A stretch of DNA of 64,000 nt from Minisyncoccia bacterium (GTDB taxonomy: Bacteria > Patescibacteriota > Minisyncoccia > Phycocordibacterales > UBA9973). Positions 1 through 9,414 of this stretch are shown in pieces (within the stretch, counting starts at the first letter, position 1; the number at the start of each line of letters is the position of its first letter). Under the pieces are notes generated by a model that saw only the letters and a list, made by a program, of their open reading frames with translations, made no database searches and was not told the DNA's origin. The position numbers and the translations under genes are program-made. The stretch spans positions 217,319-281,318 of the forward strand of contig CBFHKH010000001.1 of the NCBI GenBank assembly GCA_965656375.1, given 5' to 3'.

Positions 1-513
1 AAGGCTAAAAAAGGGGTAAAAACTTCTGGAATTGTGGTTGCTCTTTCTCGCGTTCAAAAGGAGCTCAAGAAAGTGAACCCACTCATACAGGACATAAAAA
101 TAAACAATATCACTACGAAGTCTCCTCTTTCTGAAATTGTATTTGAGAAAACACCAATCATACTATCAAAACTCTCTTCGTTGTATGAAAAAGTAAAAAC
201 ATCAAATGATGATTTTCTTACTATGACTCTCAGTACATCAGAAGTAACTGTTATCTGCTCAGACAAGATCAAAGATGCAGTACTGAAGCATTTTAAAGAC
301 ACTCCTCGTATGATTGAAAAAGGACTCGCATCGCTCGGGATTTCAATAGATCCTAAATACTATCCACTTCCAAATGTTACGTACTCTCTAATCCGACGAA
401 TTGCAAAGAAGCGAATTCCCCTTGCGGAGACGATCACCACTCATACAGAGATTATATTTATCTTTCACTCAAAGAATCTTGCAGAGGTGCTTCGCCTGTT
501 TCAGGCTGAATAA
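1..513 (+). CDS. ACT-like domain protein (5' truncated by window edge)
   Basis: Frame 1 is open from base 1 (KAKKGVKTSGIVVALSR...). C-terminal pattern resembles archaeal/CPR aspartokinase-like ACT regulators. Confidence 0.55.
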   Translation, partial: KAKKGVKTSGIVVALSRVQKELKKVNPLIQDIKINNITTKSPLSEIVFEKTPIILSKLSSLYEKVKTSNDDFLTMTLSTSEVTVICSDKIKDAVLKHFKDTPRMIEKGLASLGISIDPKYYPLPNVTYSLIRRIAKKRIPLAETITTHTEIIFIFHSKNLAEVLRLFQAE

Positions 514-516
514 AAT

Positions 517-948
517 TTACTCCTCGTCCGAAAAATCAGAAAATAAAATTCCTTTCTTGTAATTCTCAATAGCAGAGTGCACTGAAGGAACCATATTTTG
601 TGGTAATTCGTTAATTGAGAACCATTGTAAATCATCACATTTATTTAGTTCCAGGTTTTTCGGTTCCCCTATCCAATTCTTTACTAAAAAGAATAAATCT
701 ATGTAGATAGATTTCCTATGCATTGTGTGAACTATTTCTATATCTTTAGGATTGAGCTCTACCCCTATCTCTTCTTTAGTCTCACGTAAAAGGGCTTCAA
801 TAATAGTTTCGTTTGACTCTAAATGGCCAGAAGGAAGGCCATAATTTCCATCCATCCAACCAGTATTAAAACGGCGAGAAAGAAGGATATTATTATCCCG
901 TATTAAAAGTAAATAAACTGCAACTTTAAGCTTGAGACGTTCTTTCAT
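517..948 (-). CDS. NUDIX hydrolase
   Basis: Nudix box GHLESNETIIEALLRETKEEIG; start set at MKERLKL. Confidence 0.9.
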   Translation of the reverse strand: MKERLKLKVAVYLLLIRDNNILLSRRFNTGWMDGNYGLPSGHLESNETIIEALLRETKEEIGVELNPKDIEIVHTMHRKSIYIDLFFLVKNWIGEPKNLELNKCDDLQWFSINELPQNMVPSVHSAIENYKKGILFSDFSDEE

Positions 949-994
949 TTTGATAGTATCAGTATAGCAAAGCTTTGAACTTCTATTAAGCAAT

Positions 995-1022
995 AAAAAA
1001 GGGCCGGATCAAAATCCAGCCC
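995..1022 (-). terminator. Intrinsic terminator
   Basis: Minus strand GGGCTGGAT-TTTG-ATCCGGCCC-TTTTTT; the stem is continuous (U-G wobble) only on the minus strand. Confidence 0.75.
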
Positions 1023-1232
1023 CTAGCATATCTATGGCTAAAATATGCGTATTAGCCTATGGTAAAACAAAGCTTACAGTTATATCTTAAAACTAAAGTA
1101 GCATAGGTAGAAGCTTTTGTCAATAATATCGTTTTAATTCATGGAAAATAGTTATTTACATTCTCTGCTAACTTCTCATTTATGGAGTGATACAAACTGT
1201 TTAGTAATCTAGAACTTTGATATAATTCTTTC

Positions 1233-1913
1233 ATGAACAAAAATTTTAAGATCATAGACCTAACTCATCAACTTTCGCCAGAAATACCAACATGGGATGG
1301 GAGCTGTGGTTTTGAACTCGCTATTAATACCGATTACAAAGATTGTACTCCCCCAGATTTATTTCGTACGCAAAGAGTAAAATGTGGCGCTGGTATCGGT
1401 ACTCATATGGATGCACCGGCACATGTGAAAGAAGGAGGCATGACAATTGATGCATTAAATCTGGAAGCCCTCATAACAGATTGTGTTGTGATAGATGTAA
1501 GCACTGAAGCAGATGCGCACTATATGATCATGCCAGAGGTTATTGAAAAATTCGAAAAAGATCACGGAGAGATTAAACCAGACAGTTTTGTTATTTTCTA
1601 TACAGGTTGGGATATGCACTGGGAAAATAGACAAGACTATATTAATGATCATAGATTTCCAAGCGTAGATAAATCTACAGCACACCTTTTACTAAAGAGG
1701 AATATTAGAGGTCTTGGAATCGATACTCTTTCAGCTGATACAGGAGCAAATGGATTCCCAGTGCATCAAGCGATACTTGGTGCTAATAAATATCTGGTTG
1801 AGAATATTGCAAACGCAAAAGGATTACCTCCAGTCGGAGCAACATGCTTTGTGTTACCGATAAAGATAAAAGACGGAACTGAGGCCCCTATCCGACTAAT
1901 AGCTCTGGTATAA
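1233..1913 (+). CDS. Cyclase family protein (kynurenine formamidase-like metal hydrolase)
   Basis: IIDLT, GTHMDAPAH, GIDTLS, VENIAN and APIRLIA motifs. Confidence 0.9.
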   Translation: MNKNFKIIDLTHQLSPEIPTWDGSCGFELAINTDYKDCTPPDLFRTQRVKCGAGIGTHMDAPAHVKEGGMTIDALNLEALITDCVVIDVSTEADAHYMIMPEVIEKFEKDHGEIKPDSFVIFYTGWDMHWENRQDYINDHRFPSVDKSTAHLLLKRNIRGLGIDTLSADTGANGFPVHQAILGANKYLVENIANAKGLPPVGATCFVLPIKIKDGTEAPIRLIALV

Positions 1914-1967
1914 ATAAAAATAACCACCCAGCCATACAGGAGAGTGGTTAAAATTTCTATTACAAAG

Positions 1968-2786
1968 TTAAAACACAAGTGCATCCCCTACTGAAATTGT
2001 TCCAGTGCCTTCAAAATTGAAGTTACGGGCAAATACAACACCATCATCAGTTTTCCTGTACTCTGAAAGAGTACGCAAGGGTTCTTTTCCTCGCTCGCCG
2101 GTCATCTGATTCGTTGTTGTGATAGGACAACGCACGCATAAATTCATACCAATGAACTGAACATCTCCAATTTTGAAATCAGGCAATGTATCCTCGGCAT
2201 ACGGTTCACAGCCTGTAATCACTATGTTGGGGCGAAATCTGTTCATTGGTAATGGTTCCTTCATGCGGCTATTTAAATCTGCAAGCGATGCATCCGAGAC
2301 AATGAGAAATGGATATGCATCTGCAAATGCTAAATTAGAATTACCAACTTTTGCTTTGCGATCGCCGGTATCTGGCATGCGTACGAGGCTGTATTTTCCC
2401 GGAACCTCTCGTGACAAGTATTCAGTTCCCCACTCTCTGGCTTCGTCTCCTTGGTCGATACCAAGATTTACAGAATCCCACACACGTGTTTTCCGGGCAT
2501 CTATTCCCTCATCTTTTAACGGTACTACTAATTGTGGCATATTGGGAGCGCTTAATATCAAACTATCATTCGTTATATGAGTTTGAATTAGACACATTGA
2601 TACAACACCTTTTACACCGATTTTAGGATACCCACGCTGGGCAACGAATGCACCAGCTTCATTAATAAACATCCATTGTCGGTCGTATGCTATACCCATC
2701 CTTCCTACAGTGGCATTTTGAAGAGATATACCACCGCAAGATTTTACAGGGTATACGTTGATTTCTGAAATACGTATCTTATCCAT
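1968..2786 (-). CDS. MOSC domain protein (YcbX/mARC-like)
   Basis: YPVKSC, DRQWM, FADAYP, RFRPNIV and CVRCPITT motifs. Confidence 0.9.
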   Translation of the reverse strand: MDKIRISEINVYPVKSCGGISLQNATVGRMGIAYDRQWMFINEAGAFVAQRGYPKIGVKGVVSMCLIQTHITNDSLILSAPNMPQLVVPLKDEGIDARKTRVWDSVNLGIDQGDEAREWGTEYLSREVPGKYSLVRMPDTGDRKAKVGNSNLAFADAYPFLIVSDASLADLNSRMKEPLPMNRFRPNIVITGCEPYAEDTLPDFKIGDVQFIGMNLCVRCPITTTNQMTGERGKEPLRTLSEYRKTDDGVVFARNFNFEGTGTISVGDALVF

Positions 2787-2822
2787 AGCTGTATGTTTAA
2801 AGTGAATTTAATTAAGAATTTC

Positions 2823-3161
2823 TTATCCGTTTGTTTCGCAGTATAGAATCCATTTCTTAGGATCCTGATCACCGTATTTTACTGTCGACTCATACGGTGC
2901 AGCTGGCAAATGATGATCTATTATTATCCCAGTGATAAGGCGTGCATATGCTAACAGCATATCGTAATCAATATCAGTAGGCTCACTAGACGGAAACAAC
3001 CCTCTCATCTCTTCTGCAATAGCTTTTAACGCAGGTACCCCAATTTCCTGAAGTGCTTTTCTCGCTTCTGAGCGTTCGATTTTTGTTTCTGTTTGGTGAG
3101 CATCATAAAAGATGTCTTTGGTGTATCTACCAACTACATCAGTGATTTCTTGAACTAGCAT
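2823..3161 (-). CDS. Hypothetical protein
   Basis: 112-aa ORF with an upstream TTGACT/TAATAT promoter, co-oriented with the MOSC gene. Confidence 0.65.
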   Translation of the reverse strand: MLVQEITDVVGRYTKDIFYDAHQTETKIERSEARKALQEIGVPALKAIAEEMRGLFPSSEPTDIDYDMLLAYARLITGIIIDHHLPAAPYESTVKYGDQDPKKWILYCETNG

Positions 3162-3428
3162 AGAATTTATTTAATGGTGATTGTAATATCAAATAACTGT
3201 AATTAAACTGATATTACAATAAGTAGGATATTAGTCAATATTTAATTATGTACTACTTAGGGTTAATTTATTTGAACAAAATGTAAATCTGTGGGACTAC
3301 TAAGAGGCGCTTATGTATAATTAAAAATCTTTATTATTGAGAAGGTTTTTATTTTGATTCTTATCTTGACAAAATTTGTATAAATATGTATTATATCTTT
3401 AAATTTTAAACCCAAAAAACTCTTTACC

Positions 3429-4262
3429 ATGACAGATAATAATTCAAGCAATGCATTCCGGTGCCCTTTTCAAATTAAGGGAGAAAAGGAAGGAACTATA
3501 ATTGAAGTTACTTTAGATGAAAATCGTGAATCAAGATTTAAACTAATTTCTGCAGCTTATAAAACATTTCATGAAAACACTAATCTGATATCGATTCGAT
3601 TCAGTATGCCTGCTTCCCTCTTAGAATCATGTGATTCTCTGGAAGGATTAAAAGCGTATATTGTGCCCTACCAAGCTGAAATATTAGGCGTAGAAATAGA
3701 TTATCGTTTAAATCCCTTTCTCCCCTATCAACTGGTTCACCATACAAGAGAAAGCATACAGCCTTTATATGAAAAGACACCATATAAATTTGCAACAGCA
3801 AACTACCTTTCCAAAGTTGTAAATGGTCACGGTTTTGAGCTAAATAAAATGGAAGATATTACGAGTTGGATAGAGTTTACGATATTACAAGCAATGATGG
3901 AAGGAGCAAAAAGCCCTGGTCTAATGATTGAAGATGAAAATCATATAACATTCCTTACAATAGCACCTGGAAGTATTACACTCCATCCTGAAGAGCATGA
4001 AGAAATTACTGGTCCTGGGAATAACAATAAGAATTGTTTTGGTATTGTTCTTAATCCCTTCTATCCTAAAGAATTTGCAAGATATAGTGAGAATATCCAA
4101 ATTGTTCTCTCAAGAATGAAGGATTTCTTTTCAATTTCCTTGGAACAAAGACAAAAGATTCGCTATAAGGCAAATCTTGTCTATAAAGAACATGGAGTTA
4201 AAATCAAAAACCTTCTGGAAGATCAACAACCAGCTGGAGTTTGGATTCCTGAGTATATTTAA
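3429..4262 (+). CDS. Hypothetical (orphan) protein
   Basis: 277-aa ORF with its own TTGACA promoter and terminator. Confidence 0.75.
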   Translation: MTDNNSSNAFRCPFQIKGEKEGTIIEVTLDENRESRFKLISAAYKTFHENTNLISIRFSMPASLLESCDSLEGLKAYIVPYQAEILGVEIDYRLNPFLPYQLVHHTRESIQPLYEKTPYKFATANYLSKVVNGHGFELNKMEDITSWIEFTILQAMMEGAKSPGLMIEDENHITFLTIAPGSITLHPEEHEEITGPGNNNKNCFGIVLNPFYPKEFARYSENIQIVLSRMKDFFSISLEQRQKIRYKANLVYKEHGVKIKNLLEDQQPAGVWIPEYI

Positions 4263-4282
4263 AATAATTGTGTTCAATATAG

Positions 4283-4310
4283 AAAAGCATTATCAACTGA
4301 TAATGCTTTT
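4283..4310 (+). terminator. Intrinsic terminator
   Basis: AAAAGCATTATCA-AC-TGATAATGCTTTT. Confidence 0.75.
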
Positions 4311-4364
4311 TATTTTTTACCAATATTTGCTAAAATGCATACATTAATAGATAAAGGAAAATAT

Positions 4365-4778
4365 ATGTCATCAATTATTGCCCCAGTTCTCGTAGCAGCA
4401 GCCGCAAGTTTTATAGTAGGGTTTTTGTTCCATGGTCCCCTCTTTGGAAAAGTGTGGATGAAGCTTGCCAATATTACACCAACAGGGACGGAGAAGTTTT
4501 CTCAGATGATTCCCCAGATGGTGAAGAATTACATCGTAAACATCATCTCTGCATATGCACTTGCAATCATGATAAACGTGATTGCAGCGTTTATGAATAA
4601 TTTTGGAAATCCGTTTGTAGGAATGGAAGTCGCGTTTATCGTATGGCTTGGTTTTATTGTTACCTCATCTTCGTACGATGTTATTTGGATGGGCGGATCA
4701 AAGAAGTTATGGATGTTTGAAATGGCCTCATCCCTTGCTTCATTCCTGGCTATGGGTGCAATACTTGCTGCTTGGTAA
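4365..4778 (+). CDS. DUF1761 family membrane protein
   Basis: VGFLFHGPLFGKVWMKL motif and four hydrophobic segments. Confidence 0.8.
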   Translation: MSSIIAPVLVAAAASFIVGFLFHGPLFGKVWMKLANITPTGTEKFSQMIPQMVKNYIVNIISAYALAIMINVIAAFMNNFGNPFVGMEVAFIVWLGFIVTSSSYDVIWMGGSKKLWMFEMASSLASFLAMGAILAAW

Positions 4779-4927
4779 AAAGAAATAGAGATGTAAAAGA
4801 CCCTGCACGGGGTCTTTTTGTTTAAACCAACTCCTAGAAGGTCTTTAGTTTTATTCTATTGACGGATAATTGTGAAATGGTAAATTGGAGAAAATCACAC
4901 GTTTTTTAAACCTTAAACTCACATACT

Positions 4928-5545
4928 ATGACAGAGAAACATCTTTTCTTTGATTGGGATGGTATGAAATTTAATACCATACATGCTCAAATCCATTATA
5001 TAAATAAAACATATGGATTAAAGATCACAGTTTCGGATTATATACAGCATAATTATGATCCGGTAAAACTGCTTCCGAGCTTTATTCCCAATTTTGATTT
5101 AACACCGCATGAGGTATATCTTGATTTTGGTAAGAATTTTCAAGCATCAATAGAAGCACATGAGAGGATAGAACCAATGCCTGGCATGTGTGAAGTTATG
5201 CCCTTGCTTTCAAAGCTCTACACTATCCATACTGTAACGGCACGTCAGACATTCACGTTACCAGTGATCGAGTATATACATGATAAATATATACCTGGAT
5301 GCGTCGCTAATATTCATTGTGTATATGAGCGGACTGATGATGATTATATCGCAATCCCTAAAAAGGAGTACATACGAAATGTTGAAGGTGAAAAGGTTGC
5401 ATTCTTTGATGATAATCATCATGAGATAAAAGATATGAAACATGTGATTCCGTCATACCTCTTTGATCCTCACAGCCTCTATAAAAGTAGCTTCGAGTAT
5501 TATCGTGTTAAAAGCTGGATGCGGATCTGGCAAATGTTAAAATAA
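4928..5545 (+). CDS. HAD-superfamily 5'(3')-nucleotidase-like protein
   Basis: FFDWDG (DxDG), VTAR and FFDDN motifs. Confidence 0.7.
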   Translation: MTEKHLFFDWDGMKFNTIHAQIHYINKTYGLKITVSDYIQHNYDPVKLLPSFIPNFDLTPHEVYLDFGKNFQASIEAHERIEPMPGMCEVMPLLSKLYTIHTVTARQTFTLPVIEYIHDKYIPGCVANIHCVYERTDDDYIAIPKKEYIRNVEGEKVAFFDDNHHEIKDMKHVIPSYLFDPHSLYKSSFEYYRVKSWMRIWQMLK

Positions 5546-5556
5546 AATATTTTTAT

Positions 5557-5586
5557 AAAAAGCGTTATCATTTGATAACGCTTTTT
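5557..5586 (+). terminator. Intrinsic terminator
   Basis: AAAAAGCGTTATCA-TT-TGATAACGCTTTTT. Confidence 0.75.
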
Positions 5587-5694
5587 TAAATATACTTTTA
5601 GCATTCAATTCGTATTGTTTGATACAAAGAGCCAGTAAATATCTTTTCCACATGGTAGTTTGCATAACAAGGTACTATGCTATATACTATAAAT

Positions 5695-6027
5695 ATGAAG
5701 CCACAGGAAACAGAAAATCAAAAGTCACAAATGAGAAAAGGAATTCTTGAGTTCTGCATACTTCTCAGTATCTCTCGGGAAAAAAAGTATGCCACTGAAA
5801 TTATCAATGAACTCAAAACTGCAGACCTTATTGTCGTTGAAGGGACACTGTATCCCCTCCTCTCTCGCTTGCGGAGCGCTGAGCTCTTAACCCATACCTG
5901 GGAAGAATCTCAATCTGGTCCGCCACGCAAGTATTACTCCCTCACTCAAAAAGGACAGGATACATTAATAAGCCTTAAAGAAACCTGGTCGACACTTACA
6001 AAGTCAATTACTCATCTCTCAAAATAA
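5695..6027 (+). CDS. PadR family transcriptional regulator
   Basis: QMRKGILEFCIL, EGTLYPLLSRL and GPPRKYYSLT motifs. Confidence 0.92.
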   Translation: MKPQETENQKSQMRKGILEFCILLSISREKKYATEIINELKTADLIVVEGTLYPLLSRLRSAELLTHTWEESQSGPPRKYYSLTQKGQDTLISLKETWSTLTKSITHLSK

Positions 6028-6030
6028 TTT

Positions 6031-7098
6031 ATGAAAAAAACAATTCCAACAAGCATATCTCATACAATATTTTATATAGAAATCGACGCCTATGAGAAGC
6101 TCGATCTCTATCTTTCTGAAATTCGTAAGTATTTCTCGAATTTCGCTGATAACAAGGATATCATCGAAGATATAGAAAATCGCATCGAGGAACAGCTCCT
6201 TGATCTGTGTTCAAAAGACAAAACAGATCGAATAGTTAAGAGCGAATATATAGATATACTTATAGCTTCTATGGGTAGACCAGAAGAGTTTGGAGCAGAT
6301 GAAGAAAATCAATCATCGGCTACATCGTCTGATGCACCTAAAACATTCCGTAAGAAGCTGTATCGAGATACAGATAATGCAATTATTGGTGGTGTCGCAT
6401 CAGGGCTCGCACAGTATTTCGGTATTGATCCTGTTATTGTTCGGGTACTCTTCTTTATAAGCGTTTTTCTAGGAGGATTTGGCATTATCTCATACCTCTT
6501 CCTTTGGTTTGCAGTGCCAGAAGCAAAGACTGCTACTGAGAAGCTTGAGATGGAAGGTAGTCCCGTGACTCTTAATGAAGTGAAAAAAATAATCGAAGAT
6601 AAAGTTGAAGAAATCAAAGGCAAAGATGGCTTTAAAAAAAGCACTGAAAGACTCCGTGAATTCTTTGTCCGTATGAGTTCCCTTTTCTTCGGAACATTCG
6701 GAAAGTTTATTGGCATTGCTCTTGGCATCGCTGCTCTTCTAGGAACGGTTGCTCTTGTAACAGGCCTCATTATTCTCGTGAGTGCTATTACCTTGCCGAT
6801 TCCTGGTATTACAGCGTTTTCGTTCTATGGTATTGTTGGTGTCGTATTTCTTCTCTGTCTTATTCCTATACTCTTTATTGGTTTAGCTGGACATGCACTT
6901 TTGCGGTCGAATAAATCTTCGTACAAAACTTTAATAGGTATTCTCGCTTTAATATGGATCCTTACAGCAATAGCTGCAACTGTTATTGGATTCCATGTAG
7001 TGCGGAAACGTGTTGTGTATGTAGATTCTATTGAGCACTATCGTATGCAGTACCTAGATGACCTGAGATTTGAAAGTAGCCCTCACTCAATCTATTAG
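6031..7098 (+). CDS. PspC domain-containing membrane protein
   Basis: KLYRDTDNAIIGGVASGLAQYFGIDPVIVR PspC motif; operonic with PadR. Confidence 0.9.
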   Translation: MKKTIPTSISHTIFYIEIDAYEKLDLYLSEIRKYFSNFADNKDIIEDIENRIEEQLLDLCSKDKTDRIVKSEYIDILIASMGRPEEFGADEENQSSATSSDAPKTFRKKLYRDTDNAIIGGVASGLAQYFGIDPVIVRVLFFISVFLGGFGIISYLFLWFAVPEAKTATEKLEMEGSPVTLNEVKKIIEDKVEEIKGKDGFKKSTERLREFFVRMSSLFFGTFGKFIGIALGIAALLGTVALVTGLIILVSAITLPIPGITAFSFYGIVGVVFLLCLIPILFIGLAGHALLRSNKSSYKTLIGILALIWILTAIAATVIGFHVVRKRVVYVDSIEHYRMQYLDDLRFESSPHSIY

Positions 7099-7219
7099 CA
7101 ATTAAATATTTAAAACCGAACCGTAATGGTTCGGTTTTTGTTTTTCATAGGTTTGACAATGCTTGATAAGAATTGTAATATCACACTAAACAAGTTTTTT
7201 AACTCTAAAACATACACCA

Positions 7220-8761
7220 TTGAAGAAACTAACAACCCGAATGACCGCCACATGGGTACTGGCACTATTCTTCAGTTTTTGCCTGCTTACGAAAGCACAG
7301 GCTCAAACTGATACTGTAACAGCACAAAATCGTGCGTTGGTACAAAGCTTAAAACCGGAAGCAGTATGGCAGCATTTTGCCACTCTGTGTTCAATTCCCC
7401 GGTGTCCGGGCAACGAGAAAGAAGTTGCGAAATTAATTTTTGACCTGGCATCTGCAAATCAATTGTATGCGTACGTGGACAAGATGAACAATGTACTGGT
7501 AAAGTTGCCAGCTACAAAGGGATATGAAAAACGCCCTTTCATTTGCATCCAGGGTCATTTGGATATGGTATGCCAGTCTAAAGACAATAGGGCAAATATT
7601 TTCCCTATTAAACTCATTAAGAGCGGCGACAGTATTTATGCAGGCAGTACAACGTTAGGAGCTGATGATGGCTTCGGCGTTGCCGCAATGATGGCACTCA
7701 TAAGTGAAACAGAGATTCAACATGGACCGCTGGAATTGCTTTTTACAGCACAAGAAGAAAATGGATTCGTTGGAGCAGAAGCATTCAATTATAAATTACT
7801 CAAAAGTAAAATAATATTGAATGTAGACTCTGAGGAAAAAGGAGTCATAACTATCGGCTGTGCCGGTGGTGCGGTAATGGAAACAGTTCTTGTTCCTAAA
7901 TTTATTTCTACTGTAAACCAAGGATCTGAAGTTGTGATTACAATTTCAAATTTACTTGGCGGGCATTCAGGCGGTGATATAAATTTAGGCCATGCCAATG
8001 CGATAACAGTACTAGCAGAACTCATCGTACATTTAAAACGTTTTGACATTGGCATTGTCGATATACAGGGTGGAACAGCGGTAAATGCTATTCCCCGTGA
8101 TTGCAAAGTTACTTTGTATGTGCCAACTAGTAACAATGTTGAATTCATTAATGAGTTCGCTCTCCAATCAAGGAGAATCCAGATAGCCTTCCCATTTGAG
8201 AAGCCACAGCTTTCAATACGTATGATAGAAAATTCTGAAAGGAAAAATAAGGTAATGAGTAAAGAGAGTGGGGAGAAATTGCTTAAAATCATTGCAGATC
8301 TACCGAATGGAGTTATTAGTATGGAAAACGGTAGCAGTGATTTGGTACGGACATCAAATAATGTTGGGATCATAGCCATGAGTGGAGATAGTGTATATAT
8401 GAGGACACTATTCCGTAGCTCATCGAACCAGCAAATTGATTCATTGATAAAAGCAGTAAAAGCAATCTGCAAAGGTCAGCCAACGAAATTACTTTTCAGA
8501 TTCTCCCCCTGGGAGCCAAATTTTAAAAGCCCATTGGTTGCAACTGGCATAACAGAGTATAAAAAACTTTTTGGGTATGAACCAAAAGTTTCAGTGACTC
8601 ACGGAGGGCTTGAAGCAGCACTTCTGTACAAGCTCATTCCCGGCGCACAGATTATCTCATTCGGGGCTCAAATTGACAGAGCTCATTCTCCGAGTGAATC
8701 TGTAGAAATACCGTCGGTGAATGATTCATGGAAGTTCTTACTTTCGATGATACAACGGTAA
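7220..8761 (+). CDS. pepD: Aminoacyl-histidine dipeptidase (M20, PepD-like) with N-terminal signal peptide
   Basis: QGHLDMV, TTLGADDG, EENG, GGHSG, HGGLE and AHSPSE motifs; TTG start. Confidence 0.88.
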   Translation: MKKLTTRMTATWVLALFFSFCLLTKAQAQTDTVTAQNRALVQSLKPEAVWQHFATLCSIPRCPGNEKEVAKLIFDLASANQLYAYVDKMNNVLVKLPATKGYEKRPFICIQGHLDMVCQSKDNRANIFPIKLIKSGDSIYAGSTTLGADDGFGVAAMMALISETEIQHGPLELLFTAQEENGFVGAEAFNYKLLKSKIILNVDSEEKGVITIGCAGGAVMETVLVPKFISTVNQGSEVVITISNLLGGHSGGDINLGHANAITVLAELIVHLKRFDIGIVDIQGGTAVNAIPRDCKVTLYVPTSNNVEFINEFALQSRRIQIAFPFEKPQLSIRMIENSERKNKVMSKESGEKLLKIIADLPNGVISMENGSSDLVRTSNNVGIIAMSGDSVYMRTLFRSSSNQQIDSLIKAVKAICKGQPTKLLFRFSPWEPNFKSPLVATGITEYKKLFGYEPKVSVTHGGLEAALLYKLIPGAQIISFGAQIDRAHSPSESVEIPSVNDSWKFLLSMIQR

Positions 8762-8828
8762 GATTTTAAAATAGTTTCATAACAAATTGCATCTTGATTC
8801 ATTTCAAGATGCAATTTTTACATGGTAT

Positions 8829-9305
8829 TTAATTTTGATCTACACATGCACCTTTCTTGAAAAGAGATAGCGGAGATGAAGCATCATACGTGATCGCGCT
8901 TGGATTTGTGAATCGAGTTCCTTCTTCATTCAAATCTCCATACCCTCTGATAAAATCATCGCCTGATTTTTTGAATATTACTTCCATGACTGACTGCATT
9001 CCTTCTGACTGGAATGTGTACTCTCCGAGAAGTATGTCATTCTTATATGTACCCGTATATATACCACTTGAGCTATCCTTCTCGAAGTTTTTGAATCTGA
9101 GTGTTCCAGAGAAATTTTCTCCATTCACTGTCTGGATATTGAGAGTGTATACATCCTTTAGAATAGTAGCTTGGTAGCATCCAACAATCGATGAAACTTG
9201 GTTCTCCGGTGGAGTATGTGTTACTGTATCCTTGCCTCGCATCCAAAAAGACACTCCAACAAGGACAATAACTATAACTACAATTATAATTCGCATTATT
9301 TTCAT
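8829..9305 (-). CDS. Membrane-anchored hypothetical protein
   Basis: N-terminal TM helix; EKD..G...YTFQSEG motif shared with 18299..19243. Confidence 0.75.
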   Translation of the reverse strand: MKIMRIIIVVIVIVLVGVSFWMRGKDTVTHTPPENQVSSIVGCYQATILKDVYTLNIQTVNGENFSGTLRFKNFEKDSSSGIYTGTYKNDILLGEYTFQSEGMQSVMEVIFKKSGDDFIRGYGDLNEEGTRFTNPSAITYDASSPLSLFKKGACVDQN

Positions 9306-9414
9306 ATAATTTATATTTTATTATATTAATATCTTACATTGTAGAAGACGAAATATAATACTAAATATTACCTAAAATTAAGATACCACTTACAATAAGT
9401 GGTATTTTAATTCA

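Noticed and set aside
7112-7138. GAAC/GTTC palindrome as a second LexA box
   Set aside because: Spacing is N7 and it forms a terminator hairpin with a T-tract after the PspC gene.
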